A stretch of DNA of 64,000 nt from Marsupella aquatica. Lineage: Eukaryota > Plantae > Marchantiophyta. The position numbers and the translations under genes were made by a program. The notes below the pieces were generated by a model. It ran no database searches. It was not told the DNA's origin and saw nothing but the letters and a program-made list of their open reading frames with translations. How positions within the stretch are numbered: the stretch's first letter is position 1; each line of letters begins with the position of its first letter. Location of the stretch: positions 16,120,576 through 16,184,575 of the forward strand of contig OZ316896.1 in NCBI GenBank assembly GCA_973895155.1. The letters are read 5' to 3'. Positions 35,156 to 49,500 of the stretch are shown here, one piece after another.

Positions 35156-38100
35156 GAGTACCTACACTATGTTCTCCACTAGCAAAATTGATTTACAAAG
35201 GGGTTTCATTGGTAAATTTTGTTGTTGGGTAAAGTCTTTTATGGTTGCTGGCATGGCAAGTATATGTATCCCACTGTCAAAGAACAAAAAGAATATAACC
35301 TGGAGATAGGATCAAAAACCAAGGCAAGAGATCCAAAGGGGAGAAAACCCAGAAAGACTAAGGGTGAGAAAACCTAAAACTGAGTGTTTGATGGTTGCAG
35401 CAAGTTTAGAGAGATGTTGTCGATGTGGCTTGAGGGCAGGCAACTGAAGGGAAAGTTGGGTACAAATTGAGTATAGGTGCCCGGTGGTTGATCCGGGAAG
35501 GGTGAAGGTGGTCTGCCCTGCCCTGCCCCGCACCACCCCGCCCCCATACTCTGCCTCCCATGCTTTCTTCCTTGCCCACCCACCCACATTCCAACACAAC
35601 TCAAGTGCCTGGCAAGGAGGCCAAGAAGGGGACAAAGATGTGAGGACAAAGTCCAATGGTGGATGGACGGAGGGGGAACAAACGGGAGGAAGAAGGGAGA
35701 AGGGCAAGGGAGAGGAAGGGGGAGGTGGAGTGGGGTGGAAGATTTGAAAGGGGTGAAAAATAAAAATTGCACGGGACAAGCAACAACAAGGTTAGAGGAG
35801 GTGAGAACAGAAATTTTAAAAACCAAAACTAAATGACTTCTCTGCCCAGGCGTTAGAGTTTTTGATGTCGCTTTGAAATCCTATTCATCCTGACCCAGTC
35901 ACAAGACCCCAACCTAGGGTCTCCTCCCCCACCCAACCATCTTCACACATCCCTCTCTTTGAAATCCTTGATGTGCTCTTGAGCGTGAAGAATGTCTGCG
36001 CTCACACTGTCTCTTTAGAATCCTAGATGTGGTCTTGGGGTTCAAAAATTTCTATTCATACTTTGCAGGTACAAGAGTTGTCATGACTTTTTCCGAAGTA
36101 CGAGAAAGTCATGACTGGTGCCATCTCTTTAGAATCTGGGATGTGCTCTCTGCCACGGGTTTCCAATATTTGCATCATATGTTGACCTATATGCTTGAAC
36201 AAAATGCCTCCAGGATGGACCAGCACAACCAGATGGAGTGCAAAATAAACTTTTTTGTAATCAGATAGCACTCCTTCATAAAACAATCCATAATTTTGAT
36301 GTGAATTAGGCGAGTCAACACAACTTACCAAAGGAATCAGCACTGTTTAGGTTAGATTGATATATTAGGATATGGGGTCACATCGTCCCCCACCCTAATC
36401 AGGGTTTTGTAAAGTATATAAACTTACTCCCCTTTTAGTTTAGTTGAGGGAGACTTACGGGTTAATCCCAGTTGCACAGTAAAGAATGGTGAGTTAGTTG
36501 CGATCTCCCCTTCAAGTGTTTATGAGTAGGTTGAATACATAATGTACAGTCAGTGAGTGAGTGAAGAGTCGACCAAGACTAGAGTTCACAACCCTTAGGG
36601 AATTCCTTCCCTTGCTGATTTGGTCCGGGTAAGGGTTAGCATGGGAGGTTTTTCATTTTTGAGTGAGATTGATTCCTGATTAAGTAATTGGAGTAAGTGT
36701 TGAAGAAGCTAAGGTCCAAGGACAACAGGAGAGGTATATGCTTGATGACACCCTTGGCAAAATGTTTTTACATGATAGGAACCTATGAAACTTGTCCTAC
36801 CAAATAGGACCTCTCTGACACATTTCTGTTAGAAGTTCTTGTAGTAGACAGTCCTTTTGCATGATATTGTGATCAACAACAAATACTGTGAAGTTTGTGG
36901 CCAAACCTTGGACGGTTGAACAATGCGGCTTAGAACATTCCATAGAATAGTGGCAGCTGCCGCCCAAACTGCAATAACTTAAGTGAAGACAAATGTCATA
37001 ATTTTTACCATAATTATTGCAGTTTTCATTAGGTTCACTTACACAAGTTTTTGCATGGGATTTTGACAATGTTTTTGTCATATTTTGATGTGCAATTGTC
37101 ACTCCATGCATACCAGAAGAGAGGAGGAGACATGCATATGCAATTGCAAAGGGTAGGAGCCTGAGATTTACCGCACTTGTGAGGAAGACAACTCTAGGCT
37201 CAGGTAACTGGTTTTAGTGGAGAAAATTGCAAGTCCTTAGGTCGTTTTCTGAAGTTGAGATCGGGCAGGCTACAGTGTCAGTTCAATGCAATGGGTGCAC
37301 AGTGGACGGCTCCTAATAGAGCCGATGGGCATAGGATACGTGAATGTTGAATTGGTCAGATTAGATGAGTCTGGCCTTCAAGTATTCAAATGCAGCTGTG
37401 AATTCTTTTGCAGGAATAAGCACTTGACATAGGTGACAATGGGTACAAGTCAATTAGGATTTGTCGTATGATCACTTGTTGCAGACTAGGCAGAGGCTAG
37501 GAGGAGGCTAGCAAACATGAGTAATTGTAGTTTTGAAAATTTTAAAGGCTGCAATGTTGTTGTACTCCACAATTAGGATTTGGGAACCGGGTCGGGAATG
37601 TTGGAAATTTTGGAAATCTGCCATCCTCAAGTGTATAAAGGTCTATGTGTGTGTTACAATGTGCATTCAATAGTTTTACCTTGGCAAATCCTTGCATGCA
37701 TGGAGTTGTATTTCATTTGTGTTTGCTGGGCAGGCTATCAACTATATTCCATTTCTATTGCCAAGGTTCTACCATGGTTTAGCAGCAAGTTGTGATAAGG
37801 TCTACCGTTGGCCCTACGTACGTCAATAGGGTCTGCTATGGCATGGTTGCTTCCAACCATCCAAGTGTTGAACAGAAGACATTAACCATATTGTTTTCAC
37901 TTAAGTTTTCACAGTTCAAGTGGCAGTGGCAACTATTCCTCAAAATTCCTGAACCGTGTAGTTTGACAGTCCAGTTCATGCTGTCTTCCACTAGCCAAAC
38001 CTAAATTTCGCAACTGAAGGCCGGGACTGAAGGATGAACTGATGAACCTCAACTCCTTTTAGTATGCCCTTGCTCCACATTTTTAGTGTTTCCAAGCAAC

Positions 38101-41100
38101 TAAGGTGAACTAAGGTGGCCGACTACACAGTTTGGTTCCACACAAGAACTGACTGTATGGCTCATTAAGAGGGGTCCAAATTGGTAAGAAAAGTTTTGTA
38201 GGGTCCCATCAGGTAAAAAGGTTCTGCCATGGGTCCTATCAAGCATATACACCTTGACGAAGAGAGGGCAGATGAGAGAAAGATCAGGCAGAGCACCAAT
38301 CCTGGATCACCCTTTTCCGAACATCGGGACACCCAGGAGTACTTTCCGTCCCAGGGTCTTTGTGCATCAAGGACTCAGCTGTTGTGTTGTCTGGAGGAGT
38401 ATTAGTCCAGGCTAGTGCCAACCTAAGTACTACAGGCACAACCGGGGATTACGATCAAGCTTGGCCTCCCCAAGAGGTGTGATTGGGTATAAGTGTTTGT
38501 TTGGTTTACAGGCTTTGAATGATTTTGCAGACAAAGGTTAGGCTATGCAAGTGATTAGACATTTGCTGTATCAAATTCCCTGTCTCCTGATTCAGAAGTC
38601 ATGGCATCAAATATTTATTCAGCTCCAACTTACAATGACACAAAAGTGTGACAGCAAACTAAGGGCCAATGAGAGGAATGGGGCAGAAATTCTGAATTGA
38701 AATGGGACTACTATAGTATCATCCTGGATCATTCAATAATTAAGTAATTATTTAAAAAAAATATTTCAAATATTTTGGGGTGTTTGTGAAACTTCTAAAG
38801 AACTTTATTGTAAAAAATTTAGAAATATGCTAGGGGTGGCAGTTTCCACTTTTGCTTTTGTCTCGGGGATGTGATCAGGGCCAGTCATTGGGGATAAAGT
38901 TCTGCTGTTCACTTTACAAAACATTGGGGGCACTTTCACCTAACCTGTTCCCAATCCTACATGGCATGGAGTGGGGCCCAATTTTATGTGGAGCACATTT
39001 TTGTCCCATATTTTAGACCACTTCCCTTGGAGGTTTCTTGTTCTGGCCCCTTGGTCCATTCCTATTTTGAGTCAATTGCATAAAAAGTGGACCCACAAGT
39101 CCCTCCATAAGATCTGTTGGTGTTAGAGCGAGAAGGACTAGCCAAAGAATACCGTGACATTTAGGTGAAGTGGGTCCCCAACCTCTGTTAGCAAATCACT
39201 CTAACACCCACTGGCCGCACTGAGCTTTAGAAGACCTTGGGGCCATAAAGGGATTCCAAAAGGCTTTCAGCCCCATGACACTATATTTACTGTGTAAAAT
39301 GGCCCTCCAGTTTGCTTTTGGTGAAAAAATATCACAAGTGCCACTAATGTCTTGTAAAGTACTCCTAAGCATCATCATGGTATAAACACAAACACAGACG
39401 TTCTACACTGATTACCATAATTAATCTCACACACAGTATTTGGGAACAAAGGTTTTTCAAAGCTGTCACCATAATTAATGTGTGTGAAACTATATAAGAA
39501 GTGAGACTAAATACATGTTATTCTAAATTAGAGTAAGTGAGATTATTTTTGGTCACACTCAAATAGTGTGTAATGAACACATATTATGTATATAGCTTAT
39601 GAAAAGTACAAATATTTCTAGTAGTAAGTTATATTTGCAATGGCATATAAAATTAAAAATGGATGTCAATTGAAAGTCAGATTTTATTCAAGTATGATGA
39701 AATGAAAACCAGGTTATAAATACAATCAAAATCAAATTAGAACCAATGACAATAGACTGAACTCTTTACTTGTATTAAATATTTATATTTTGTCAGATTT
39801 GTACTCACATCCTTATTAGTGTGTGTGATATTATTTATGCAGGGAGACTATATAAGGTATGATACTAATTAGGGTAAACAGTGTAGTTATGATATCCTTA
39901 AAATAATATAAAAAAGTGAAGATTCCAATTAAAAAAGATGAAAACAGGAATACTGGACTCAGGGGCTCGGACAGCTAGGCACAGTAGTCTTACAGTGCCT
40001 TTATGGCTTATCCGGGGGGTACTCTCCCCCAGTCCCCCGGAATAGTGATATTGCCTCAGTGGTCAGAGGTTCTTATCTGGGATTTCATGGATCCTCCGTC
40101 CCCATTTATTTTATAATCCTTCAATCGCCGTTCTTGCAGTGTGGCCACACTTTTGTGTGGATTTCGATCTGCTCCCCCATAACGGCCTATAAAGTCGACA
40201 GCCAGAAGCCTAGTTCCTGCAGCTGGAATTCGTGAGTGACGTTGTGTTTTCACATTTCTTTTGGATATTTCTTTGCCTCGAAAGATTTCAAGGAATTCTA
40301 TTGGATATCTCGAGATGAGGAGAAAGGTTTGTGTTCCACATTCATCTGGAAAGAAGAACGCCACTGTACGTGAACTGACAGGTTATGCCTCAGTGGTCAG
40401 AAATCGAAAGTCTTATCTGCCTCCGTCACCATTCTTCTGGTGCCACACTTCTGTGATCCTGTCCGGTTGGGCTTCTGCCTCCCTAACGGCTATAAAGTCC
40501 ATGTTGCGGCTGATGCTTGTCGCTTAACCCGAATAGGAGTTCTTGACTCTTTGCAGCTCCACACTTCCGACCATATCTACCTGTTGGTCAGCTATTTCGT
40601 AGCAGCAGCTAGTACTGAGATTAGAGTTCCACATTCATGGTAGAGATTTCGGTCCGAAGAGTAAGCGCTGTATTCCAACGGCTTAGTTCCTGACCAAGAT
40701 TCCTGGAGGTACGTAAATCGACGTGATTTGTGCTTGAATTCTACTCTCGTTCCTTTCATGGAGACGAAGAGGGAGCGAGCAGGGCTCAGCTTTGAACTTT
40801 TGCTTTGAAACAGTAGAAGCACAACCCGACAATGTGAATTGAATTGCACAATTTGGTGGAGAGTTGTTCGTGACTGGAGCAAGGTTATAATGAGTTTTTG
40901 TTTAATTCGTGCATGCTTCGAATAAGGCTTGATAGAGGTCTGGTGCAATGTTAACTGATGCTGAGCTGAGGCGACTCGGACTTCGCTGCGTAGGGCCATA
41001 GTCATGCAGTTGCTGACGAGTATGAGACATAGGAGACGGAACGAAAGTTCATCTAACTGTTACTTAGACGCGCAACTTGGCCATAGACAGTCTGCAATCG

Positions 41101-41295
41101 TTCAGTCCTCGTGAGCAGCATTGAACGCGTTTCTGTACTTGTGTATTCTGAATGCTTGGCCGTAAATTTCGTGCAGCTCGAAAAAGGAGCGGGTGATCGA
41201 GTCCGATCACAGAGAGTGGTGTCGACCAACGATCAGGGTGTGACCTCGCACCTTGACAATTTACTTAGTTGACGACACTTCACTTAGTTCGTGAA

Positions 41296-41763
41296 ATGGA
41301 AGGAGGCTCTACAGGCGGAAAGTTTCTAGTACTGTTGTTGGTCCTATGGCTGTTTATCCTAGACGTCGTCCTGCTGGCAGTGGGAGCTGACGCTTTCAAC
41401 AGGTTCGTCGATGGCACACTCACAGGGGCGAACGGCATCACCGAGTTCGTGGTCCTCTTTGCTCTGATCGAAGGAACGTTCCTCGCCGCCGCTGTGGTTT
41501 TGGGGCTGTCCCACGCCTTTCACTACCACTCCGGCAGTGTTGGCCCTGCTTTCGCCACCGCGGTGATCGCCTGGGGAGTCGATATCCTGGCTTTGGGACT
41601 CGCCGCCAAGGAGATCCACATCGGAGGAGTGGGGCCGAGAGAGAAAGCGATCGAGGCTTTTATCATTATCATTGCCTTCTTTGAGACGGTGTATGTTCTC
41701 ATTCTTGCATCAGGGCTGCATGTTCCCAAATCCGGAGTCGCATACGCAGGCTCGCAGGCCTAG
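41296..41763 (+). CDS. AWPM-19-like (PM19) membrane protein, 155 aa, single exon
   Basis: ATG at 41296; four hydrophobic segments; GANGITEFVVLFALIEG and AWGVDILALGLAAKEIHIGG resemble AWPM-19 family motifs (GNxATxFFxxFAL, AWxxTxLAxGLACKEI). Confidence 0.85.
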   Translation: MEGGSTGGKFLVLLLVLWLFILDVVLLAVGADAFNRFVDGTLTGANGITEFVVLFALIEGTFLAAAVVLGLSHAFHYHSGSVGPAFATAVIAWGVDILALGLAAKEIHIGGVGPREKAIEAFIIIIAFFETVYVLILASGLHVPKSGVAYAGSQA

Positions 41764-42529
41764 CTAGAGACATGATTACACTTACTTAGCTACTAGGATT
41801 TGTCTCGAGAACGAATGGTGTTCAATAGGCTCGCACTGGAAGTTTTAGTGGCCAGTCTGAGTTTGATTTGATCATGGGATGCTCTCCACTTACCGCTGTG
41901 GAGTGGTGTAACAATGGGCATTGGGTACGGGATTGGGATGATGCCGTTCCTCATGCACTTGTGTTTAGGACTTCCGGGCTATTTAGGATTTAGCTTGGTC
42001 TTCTCCCTCTTTATTGGGTCTCTTGCCTTTGGGATCTTGTCTCCCTACTTGGGGCATTCTGTTCCTTTGCAGTTTTATATATATGATGATTGAGAATGCT
42101 AGACTTCTTTGAATATAACTGTGACACTGTCACCCGGTGCCTCGTATTTTTCAGTCTGCGATTATGCACCTCTTAGCTCTGCCGCTACGTGAGCCACAAC
42201 CCCTGTAACACCCCCCATTGCTTTGCAACTCTGAGTTACGCCTTCCAGTCTATCAGCCCCATTCCTTTACTACCCTTACTTATGCACCTCCTCTACTCAC
42301 AAGCCCCTGTTACCATCTCACACCACTCCTTACCAGTACCGGTGGTCCCCCCCTTGTTATTCAGGGATCACTGCTTTGGAATAAAGTTCGTGGTAACCTC
42401 CGAAGTCCATAGCAAAACCGACAATGGGACGAGGTTCGCCATCTAATTGAGTTCCAGACTTCCAGTCAAATTTGCCCGCTGTCTAATTAATGCATTGAGA
42501 TTGACAGAGGTCCTGCTGGCCGGCGCCAA

Positions 42530-42694
42530 CCTACATTGGGTTTTTGTCTTGTCTTCGCTTCTCTCTCGATCAGGCAATCCTTTCTCTCCTCCGTTTTCAA
42601 CGCTATGTCCACCCTACATTGGGTTTTTGTCTTCTCTTCCCTGCTCTCTCATTGGCAATCCTTTCTCTTCTCCGTTTTCAACGCTATGTCCACC
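42530..42694. repeat. Tandem duplication, 2 x ~83 bp
   Basis: CCTACATTGGGTTTTTGTCTT...CGTTTTCAACGCTATGTCCACC twice. Confidence 0.92.
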
Positions 42695-43389
42695 CGAATG
42701 ACCTATTGGCGGAAACCTCAGTCACGACCTTTTCGTGAAATAAAGTTGCCTGATGCGTGAAGATTGTTGTCTTTCTATTTTTGAGTAGTCTACAGTGGGA
42801 TAAGGGCTTTATGGAACCTTATCCCCCACTTTTATTGAAAACAATATAATAAATATATGAAAACTTATGATTTTTTGTGTAATGAAAATGTGTACAGTGG
42901 GTAATAGTAAACCCTACAAATTTTCGAGCTATACACTTACTTTTTAGGCTTTATTGCCCAGAATGTCCTGATAAGAATGCATTTCTAGTACTATTACTAA
43001 CTCTATATAATACATCACATGTATTCTTCAAAACCCATGAATCTAGACACATGAATCTAGAGATATATGAGACAAAAATTACTTTTTCTTTTGACACACA
43101 GTTATGAATGATCTCAGTTTGAGTGATTCCCGGGTGCCCTAAAAGTGTGGCTTTTATACCGTTTGTTTCGTTACACACTATTGGAACCTTCATTTGAGGA
43201 ATACTTTCTTGTCCATTAACAAAGCTCACTTCATAATTGACGAATGTTACTTAGTGTCTTGGTTATAAGATCATGTTCCATAATGTCTCGTAAAACTTGG
43301 GCTAAAACCCTAAAACAATATCCAAACAAATTTTGAAATTCCCAAGTAAAGAGTTAGAAGCAGCTTATAGATTGGAGGGAAGACTGCCT

Positions 43390-43545
43390 TCACAAATTAA
43401 GGACTTCTCGACTGCATCTCTCCTTTTAGAATTAAAGGACCTGCTCTACTACCCTGAAACATACGTGTCACAAATTAAGGACTTCTCGACTGCATCTCTC
43501 CTTTTAGAATTGGAGTACCGGCTCTGAGTCGCTACTACCCTGAAA
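43390..43545. repeat. Tandem duplication, ~78-bp period
   Basis: TCACAAATTAAGGACTTCTCGACTGCATCTCTCCTTTTAGAATT at 43390 and 43468. Confidence 0.92.
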
Positions 43546-46500
43546 TATATGTATGTGACATGAAACAGAGTTGCTGTTTTGTTTTCAAAGGACTTCTTTA
43601 GGGAAATAGATCCTGCGAGTCGAGAAACGTGCAGAAAGATGATTTTAGGGACAAGCTGGAGGGTTTGGCTTCTTGAAATTAGAAAATGAACAGGCCAGTC
43701 TCTCCAGCTGGGGTTGCATGTGAACAAGTTTTCAGTGTTGCCAACCAACTCATGGTGGGGCACCGTAACAATAAGTTTGAACAATCATCAATCGTCTAGC
43801 AGAGACCGGGCTTAAGAGTCGAGTTTTATTCTATGGTCCTGATTGACAGACGGCCCTAACAACAAACTGTTTTAATGATAGACCTCTTCAGCATATCAAA
43901 GGACTCATGTCCTGAGAAACTTTTGTGTAATTTGCACAGAACTCTTGAAAGCCTGGCGGCAGCACAGCGAGTTGCTCTTGGTTATGCCCAAACCACAGCA
44001 CAGGTAAAATGCCTTCCAGTAGGCAGTGCTGGTGTGAAAGTGAATTTGTGGAGACAGCGTCATAGATGGGCTGCTCGTCACTTGTGTAACTACCTATCGA
44101 CTTTCGGCAGACAGTCCATCGCCCTTTGGAGAGTTGTAAACTTTTCAGCCTCAAGGGTTGTGCACCAACTTATCTATCCGCTATCAGCAAAGTTTTTTTT
44201 TGTAAGGATCACTTAGCAGAAATTACTCTTGGCAGGGCTAACAGGGTCAGATGTATGTTAATTGCAAAGTACATGGAGGCTCGTCGTTCACCCGAGCTAG
44301 CAAAGTCTGTTCAACACCTGTTCATAAACACCTAAACCCTACACCCTTGCACCCCTTGCACCCCTCCGCAAATAAAAGAAAACTCCACTCGTGCCCCATG
44401 CTTCCCTCCCTCACTGCCTCACGACATGACACCCACCTCCATTATGGTCCATCATCACCTCCTCACCCTGTGCCCCAACCTTGAAACTGTGTTGAAATAG
44501 TGATTTTGATACACAGCACAACACCTCCGACTTCTTCCTAGCACATCTGAGTGTCTAATTTTGTTCAGTTGTTTGTGAGACCTTGCCCTGTGCGTTCGGG
44601 GTGCCGTTCCAGTCCTTCCTTCTCTGTCTAGATTCAAGCGATAGATCTCACACATTGCCGAAGTTCTAAAAATCTTCATTCGAAATCATTATATTTTGTG
44701 GACTTGAGTTACGATCTGAGAGCCATAGTTGGACGATACCTCTGACTTTACAGGCTGTGTGAGAGAGACCAAGCTTCTCAGCAGGACCAAGCTTCGAACT
44801 CACCGACCTCAAATCCGTCCCTAATACGCTACCTTTTTCAAATGCCAATGACATATACTCCTTCTAGTTATCACCAAAATGGTGGAGAACACGAAAGTGG
44901 GCCCAGCACAAGTACTGCACCAATGTCAAGAGAACATGGAAGTGTACCGAGCACAACTACTACACCAATCTCAACTGCATCCGGATCGGTGGCGGCGTTA
45001 GGCTCGCAGACCAGTTTGTCACTTTTAGGGAAGTTCTGAAGGAGGTGCGCGATCCGGCTTCAAGATTCCATCTCGCCACTCTCCCTGTAGCTATTCAGTG
45101 CTTGGAGCCGTCAGGCGAAACTCTAGCTGCTGGTAAGAATTGATTTACGCTTAATTGCTTGACTTGAGTTTCGGACTATGTATATCGATGCAGCTGTACT
45201 GAATTAATGATCAATTGCAATTTGAAGTGTAGCAAAGGAAGACGATACAATATATTTGCCAACAGGTGTCTATAAAACCAGGTGTCTGAAGCGATCTGCA
45301 GTTGAAAACAGGCGAGAACCAGCAAAAGTGTCAGAGTAATAGTTCAAGCATTCAGGTTAGAAATTGGTCTATCAACATATATTGAAGTCAAGCAAGCAGT
45401 GTTGTGACACTCTCAGTTATGATTTACCAGTGAGAAATGATTGGGTGTCCTCAATGCCGTCTTAAGTTCAATGAAGCTCGTCCATTGAAGGTCAAGGAGA
45501 CGTTTGGATTGGATTTGTCTCATGGACCTGGTCGACTTTTCTTGCATCAACTTTTTGTTCGGAAGGAATAGTCGAGCCTTCTGCCCAGTTTGCTACTGAC
45601 ACGGTCTGCATCTCACTCGTACACAAGTTCTTCTTTGAATTATGTGTCGTCAATTTGTTTCTCACTAGAGGTCTAGTTCGGACAATTCCCATTGCAAGCA
45701 ACTGCAGGCTACGCAGTTTCTTTCTTTAATCAGCAATCCAGCTTAGCAGGTTTGAAGGACACTATAATCTCGAGTGATTCACGCCCTGTGAATATATCCT
45801 TCTATATGCCTCAGCCTTTCCAGCCCATTAATCAGTGACCAAGGCAGGGGCAGGGATGTCTCTTCGAAGAGAATCGTTATATTCTGGAAGTAAAGCTCTT
45901 CAACCCGGCAAGCAATATTGATTTTACTTAGTGGGACCCAAACGAGATGGATATTTCAGAGCACATTCAATATTATGGATTTTACAGTTGGCTTAGAGAT
46001 GAACACGAACACCTAGAGTGCTGCTTTGCTGGCATGCTCTGCTGAAGTGTGATCATTGGAATCCATGAGATTTCTTTGTAGTAGGGAAGCATTGGGAGAG
46101 CCGATCAACATGCGGCTTCGTCCAAGGTCGTCCAAGAAAATGGAGAAGACCAATACTCTAGCTATAAACAAGCGACATCAATTGCCGCAAGGTACAATTG
46201 GAAACTGGACAATGATTTCTTGATATGTAAATCAAAGGTCCCCCTTACAATCAAAGGTTATAGCCTGTTCTTCGCAGCTGTGCAGCTAATTCAAACAGTT
46301 TTATGTCAGCTTACCAGAGCAGATTAGTGTACGTCGAACTTCGATAACAAAAACTTGTACTAATGACGTCAAATTACACCTTGTCGAAGATCATGTGGCT
46401 TGCCAACTGGCTTTTGAGGTGGCTGCCCAGAATTTATAAACAAATTGATTGACAAAAAGGGGAGAGGGAGAGCTCGACCAGCTCGACCAGCTCGACTGCG

Positions 46501-49500
46501 AAGTGAATTTCAATGTTAGGAGAGTGCGTGGATAACGTAAGGCGAGACATTGATGGAACTGTCAACCATTCGGGCAACCATTTGGAGGCTGTTGTCTTCT
46601 GTGCAATCTGAAACCAGCCCCAAGGCCCAGCAAGCCACTCGATCGACAACTGCCTCAGGTGCGACATTCGTACAATTACGCCCTTAGTGCTCTTCTGAGT
46701 AGGCATTGAAGTTGTTTTTTGGGTGCTACCTGGCCATTTGAGTTCTCTTGTGGTAGCTCCTTTGTTTGGGTAGATGTCAGTCTGAAGCCACTGTATTGCT
46801 GTATTAAGTACTGACTATGTCTCTTCCGCCCTACGTCGCTTCTGAGTTTATTAGGAAATTAAAGAAAACCAACGCTTATTCCCCTAAAGTGAATTTTGCT
46901 CTTTGTTTTCTTTGAAAATTTTATTTGTGGCTCTTCATAATCTTCAACGATTAATGAAGATAAGTTATAAGTTTTATTGAATATATGATTATGATTATCA
47001 GCCTCAGGCAAACAAGTTATATCACTCCAACAAGGGACGAAGGTTTGAATCCAATTTTGTTTGCTCTGGCATGAAAGAAAGTCTCGTTCATAAAGAGAAA
47101 CATTGCAGGTACAGTCTGCGCGCTTAGCACCAAGAACAGAGTCCAGGCATCTTCAACGCAACAAAGATGAGCTCAACTCAGCGAAGTAACCAATCAACCG
47201 GCGGGAACGAGAGAAAAATTCCAAGTTGAACCAACTAAGCAGAGGAAAGTAACGAACTGCAAGCGTAAATCCAATTGAGGGATTCCTTAATGTTGACGCA
47301 GAACACTTACAAGAAGCTGAACAGCACAGCCCTTACATCTAGGAACACGCAGTAGCGGAAGTCTTAGAAGCTGCACCTGCATTACCAATCCAAGTGGAGG
47401 AGTGCTCCACATGCGATGAATTTGAAGCTTAAACCGTTTGCGTGCATTATCTCTGTGAAGACGACATCTTCTTGTTCTTTTTGGATTTTAACAGGGAAAG
47501 AAAATCAATGAGTGAGCCAACATTTGGTTTCACCCGTCAGGCTTCAAATCAATGATCAATCAATTTGGGTTCACCCATCAGGTTTTGACAAGATTGCCAA
47601 CAAAAGCATCTAAACTCCCATCAAAACCGTTGGCTTTCACTAGCAATATAAATTCACAGGTGGTAAGAAGTCAAAACGGCAATGGCTTTAGTGAGGCCCA
47701 GTGCTCAGGTCAAGTGGCCTCAGGAAAGCCTCATTCTCCCCCATTCGCCTGTAGTTCTACCCTGTAAAGCAGTGGGTCGCCAGTATTCTACCTACACCCC
47801 TCACTGCCACTAGGGTTAGCATCTAATCAGTGTGAGTGTGAAACTAGACGTGTTACTAACAATAAGAGGGAATAGGGCCCCTCTATAGCGTAACAAAATG
47901 ACGTAAATTATATGGAGCATCCATTAACCTCCGAATAGAGCTCTGGTCTCGGAGGTATGGCAATCAGCAAGCTCACCCCACCTTGCTGGAATGGTCGGGG
48001 TCGGGGGTACAATGTCGAGGTCACATAGAGCTCTAGAAGAGCAATTGTTTTGCTTGAAATTTATTTGAGATTTTATAAATATGGACCTGTGCACATTCGC
48101 TTGCACGGATTTTTGTTATTTCAGTAAATTGTTTGCAGGACAGCCAAGTGATTGAATTCGTGTCCCGTTATTGTCTTCCACCAGATGTGAAAGGACAGAG
48201 GTTAGTGCTGCGCCCTGTGTGAAGGTGGTTGAAGTGACTAGTTGCCGTTCACCTCGAGGTTCCATTGGTATTGACATCTGAATACCATATTCCAAAACTC
48301 CAAACTCTTCTGTGTATGTCATGTAAGGCTTACAGTCTACATTTCAGTCCACCATTTGCAATTGAGAGCACCGGAGCCAATAAAAAGTCTTGAAGTCCGT
48401 CGCTTTTGTCTGCATTTTACACTTTTTTGAGAGGCTTGAGCGCAAAAGCTTTTCCAATGGCGAGGCCAGAGGTGATGTCCAGCAGAGCATCAGGGCAGCC
48501 AATTTTTCGTGGCAACAATATGCCAATCACCTCCCCAGAAAACAGTGTTCCATTCGCCATCATCGAATGCACTATGGGGGAGTATTAGCTATCAAGTACT
48601 AAACAAGAGTCAGAAAGTACTGTATAATTGACAGACAATACTCCATGACCAGACCTATGCCTGGCTGTGCAGTAAAGTAGTCGTCACCTTGGCAATGTTG
48701 AAAGGACAAGAAAAATATGGTCTGGTTCAGGGATAATCTGCTGATCAATGTGATTGTTTTGTCGTCCGACACAGAAGAGTCTGTAAAATATCGATGCCTC
48801 CACTTTGCAACATGTGGGTGAGGACAGCTCATCGAAGGCTAATATTACAATTGCTGTTCCAGCACAATGTCTCACAGAGGCAATGCAGAGTCACAAAATT
48901 TTCTTTTTAGTCACAAAATTGGATTTAAAAGACCATAATGTTATTGAACAAACCTTAGAATCAATAAAATGATATTATGCCTTGTCGCATGTGCAGTTGT
49001 CATTTTCAGTCAACTGAGACTCTCGAGTGCAGGGAGCTAGATCTCAATCTGGAGTAACCCTGTTAACACCAAAGTTATCTGGGCGATATAGGTTTTCCAT
49101 AACCCCAAACCCCGTTGGCGCATTGTTTGTTTGCATTAGTGTCAGCCCAATGAGGTTGCCCAAGTGGCTCTAAGCTACTGGGTTTGGTCCAAACTGTATT
49201 CGCATAACAAGCCAGGTAATGGTTGGAATGCTCTAACCTGTTCTTTTCATCACTCGTGAAGAAAAAAACAATTGTTTTAAATGCACGAATTTCTTTTATT
49301 TAAGTGACACTACTTTGTGAGTACACCTGACAATTTGCTTCCCCGGAATTGGTTGAGGAATACTAATTGCGGTGGACAAGGTGCCCTGGATTTGTCAGGG
49401 TTCGCTGGTCCTGTTGGGTGGTACCTGCTTTGGTCCGTATATTGTCTACCTTTCAGAATTTTCAGTTTCTGGTGAAGCAAAATTTTGGTTACACTCATGG

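Noticed and set aside
35400-35830. Weak similarity of the G/A-rich block (CAAGGAGGCCAAGAAGGGG) to the 5S spacer
   Set aside because: Short and low in complexity, with no extended colinear alignment by eye.
36344-36727. Possible solo LTR (TG...CA with internal TATA)
   Set aside because: The flanks AGCAC and GGAGA do not form a TSD, and there is no PBS or PPT.
42204-42423. LTR-like start TGTAACACCCC...CA
   Set aside because: No matching TSD, second LTR or clear PBS.
44842-48880. Exon-like fragments and broken ORFs on both strands
   Set aside because: Multiple stops and no recognisable domain; it may be a decayed TE-associated gene but needs a tBLASTn or HMM search.
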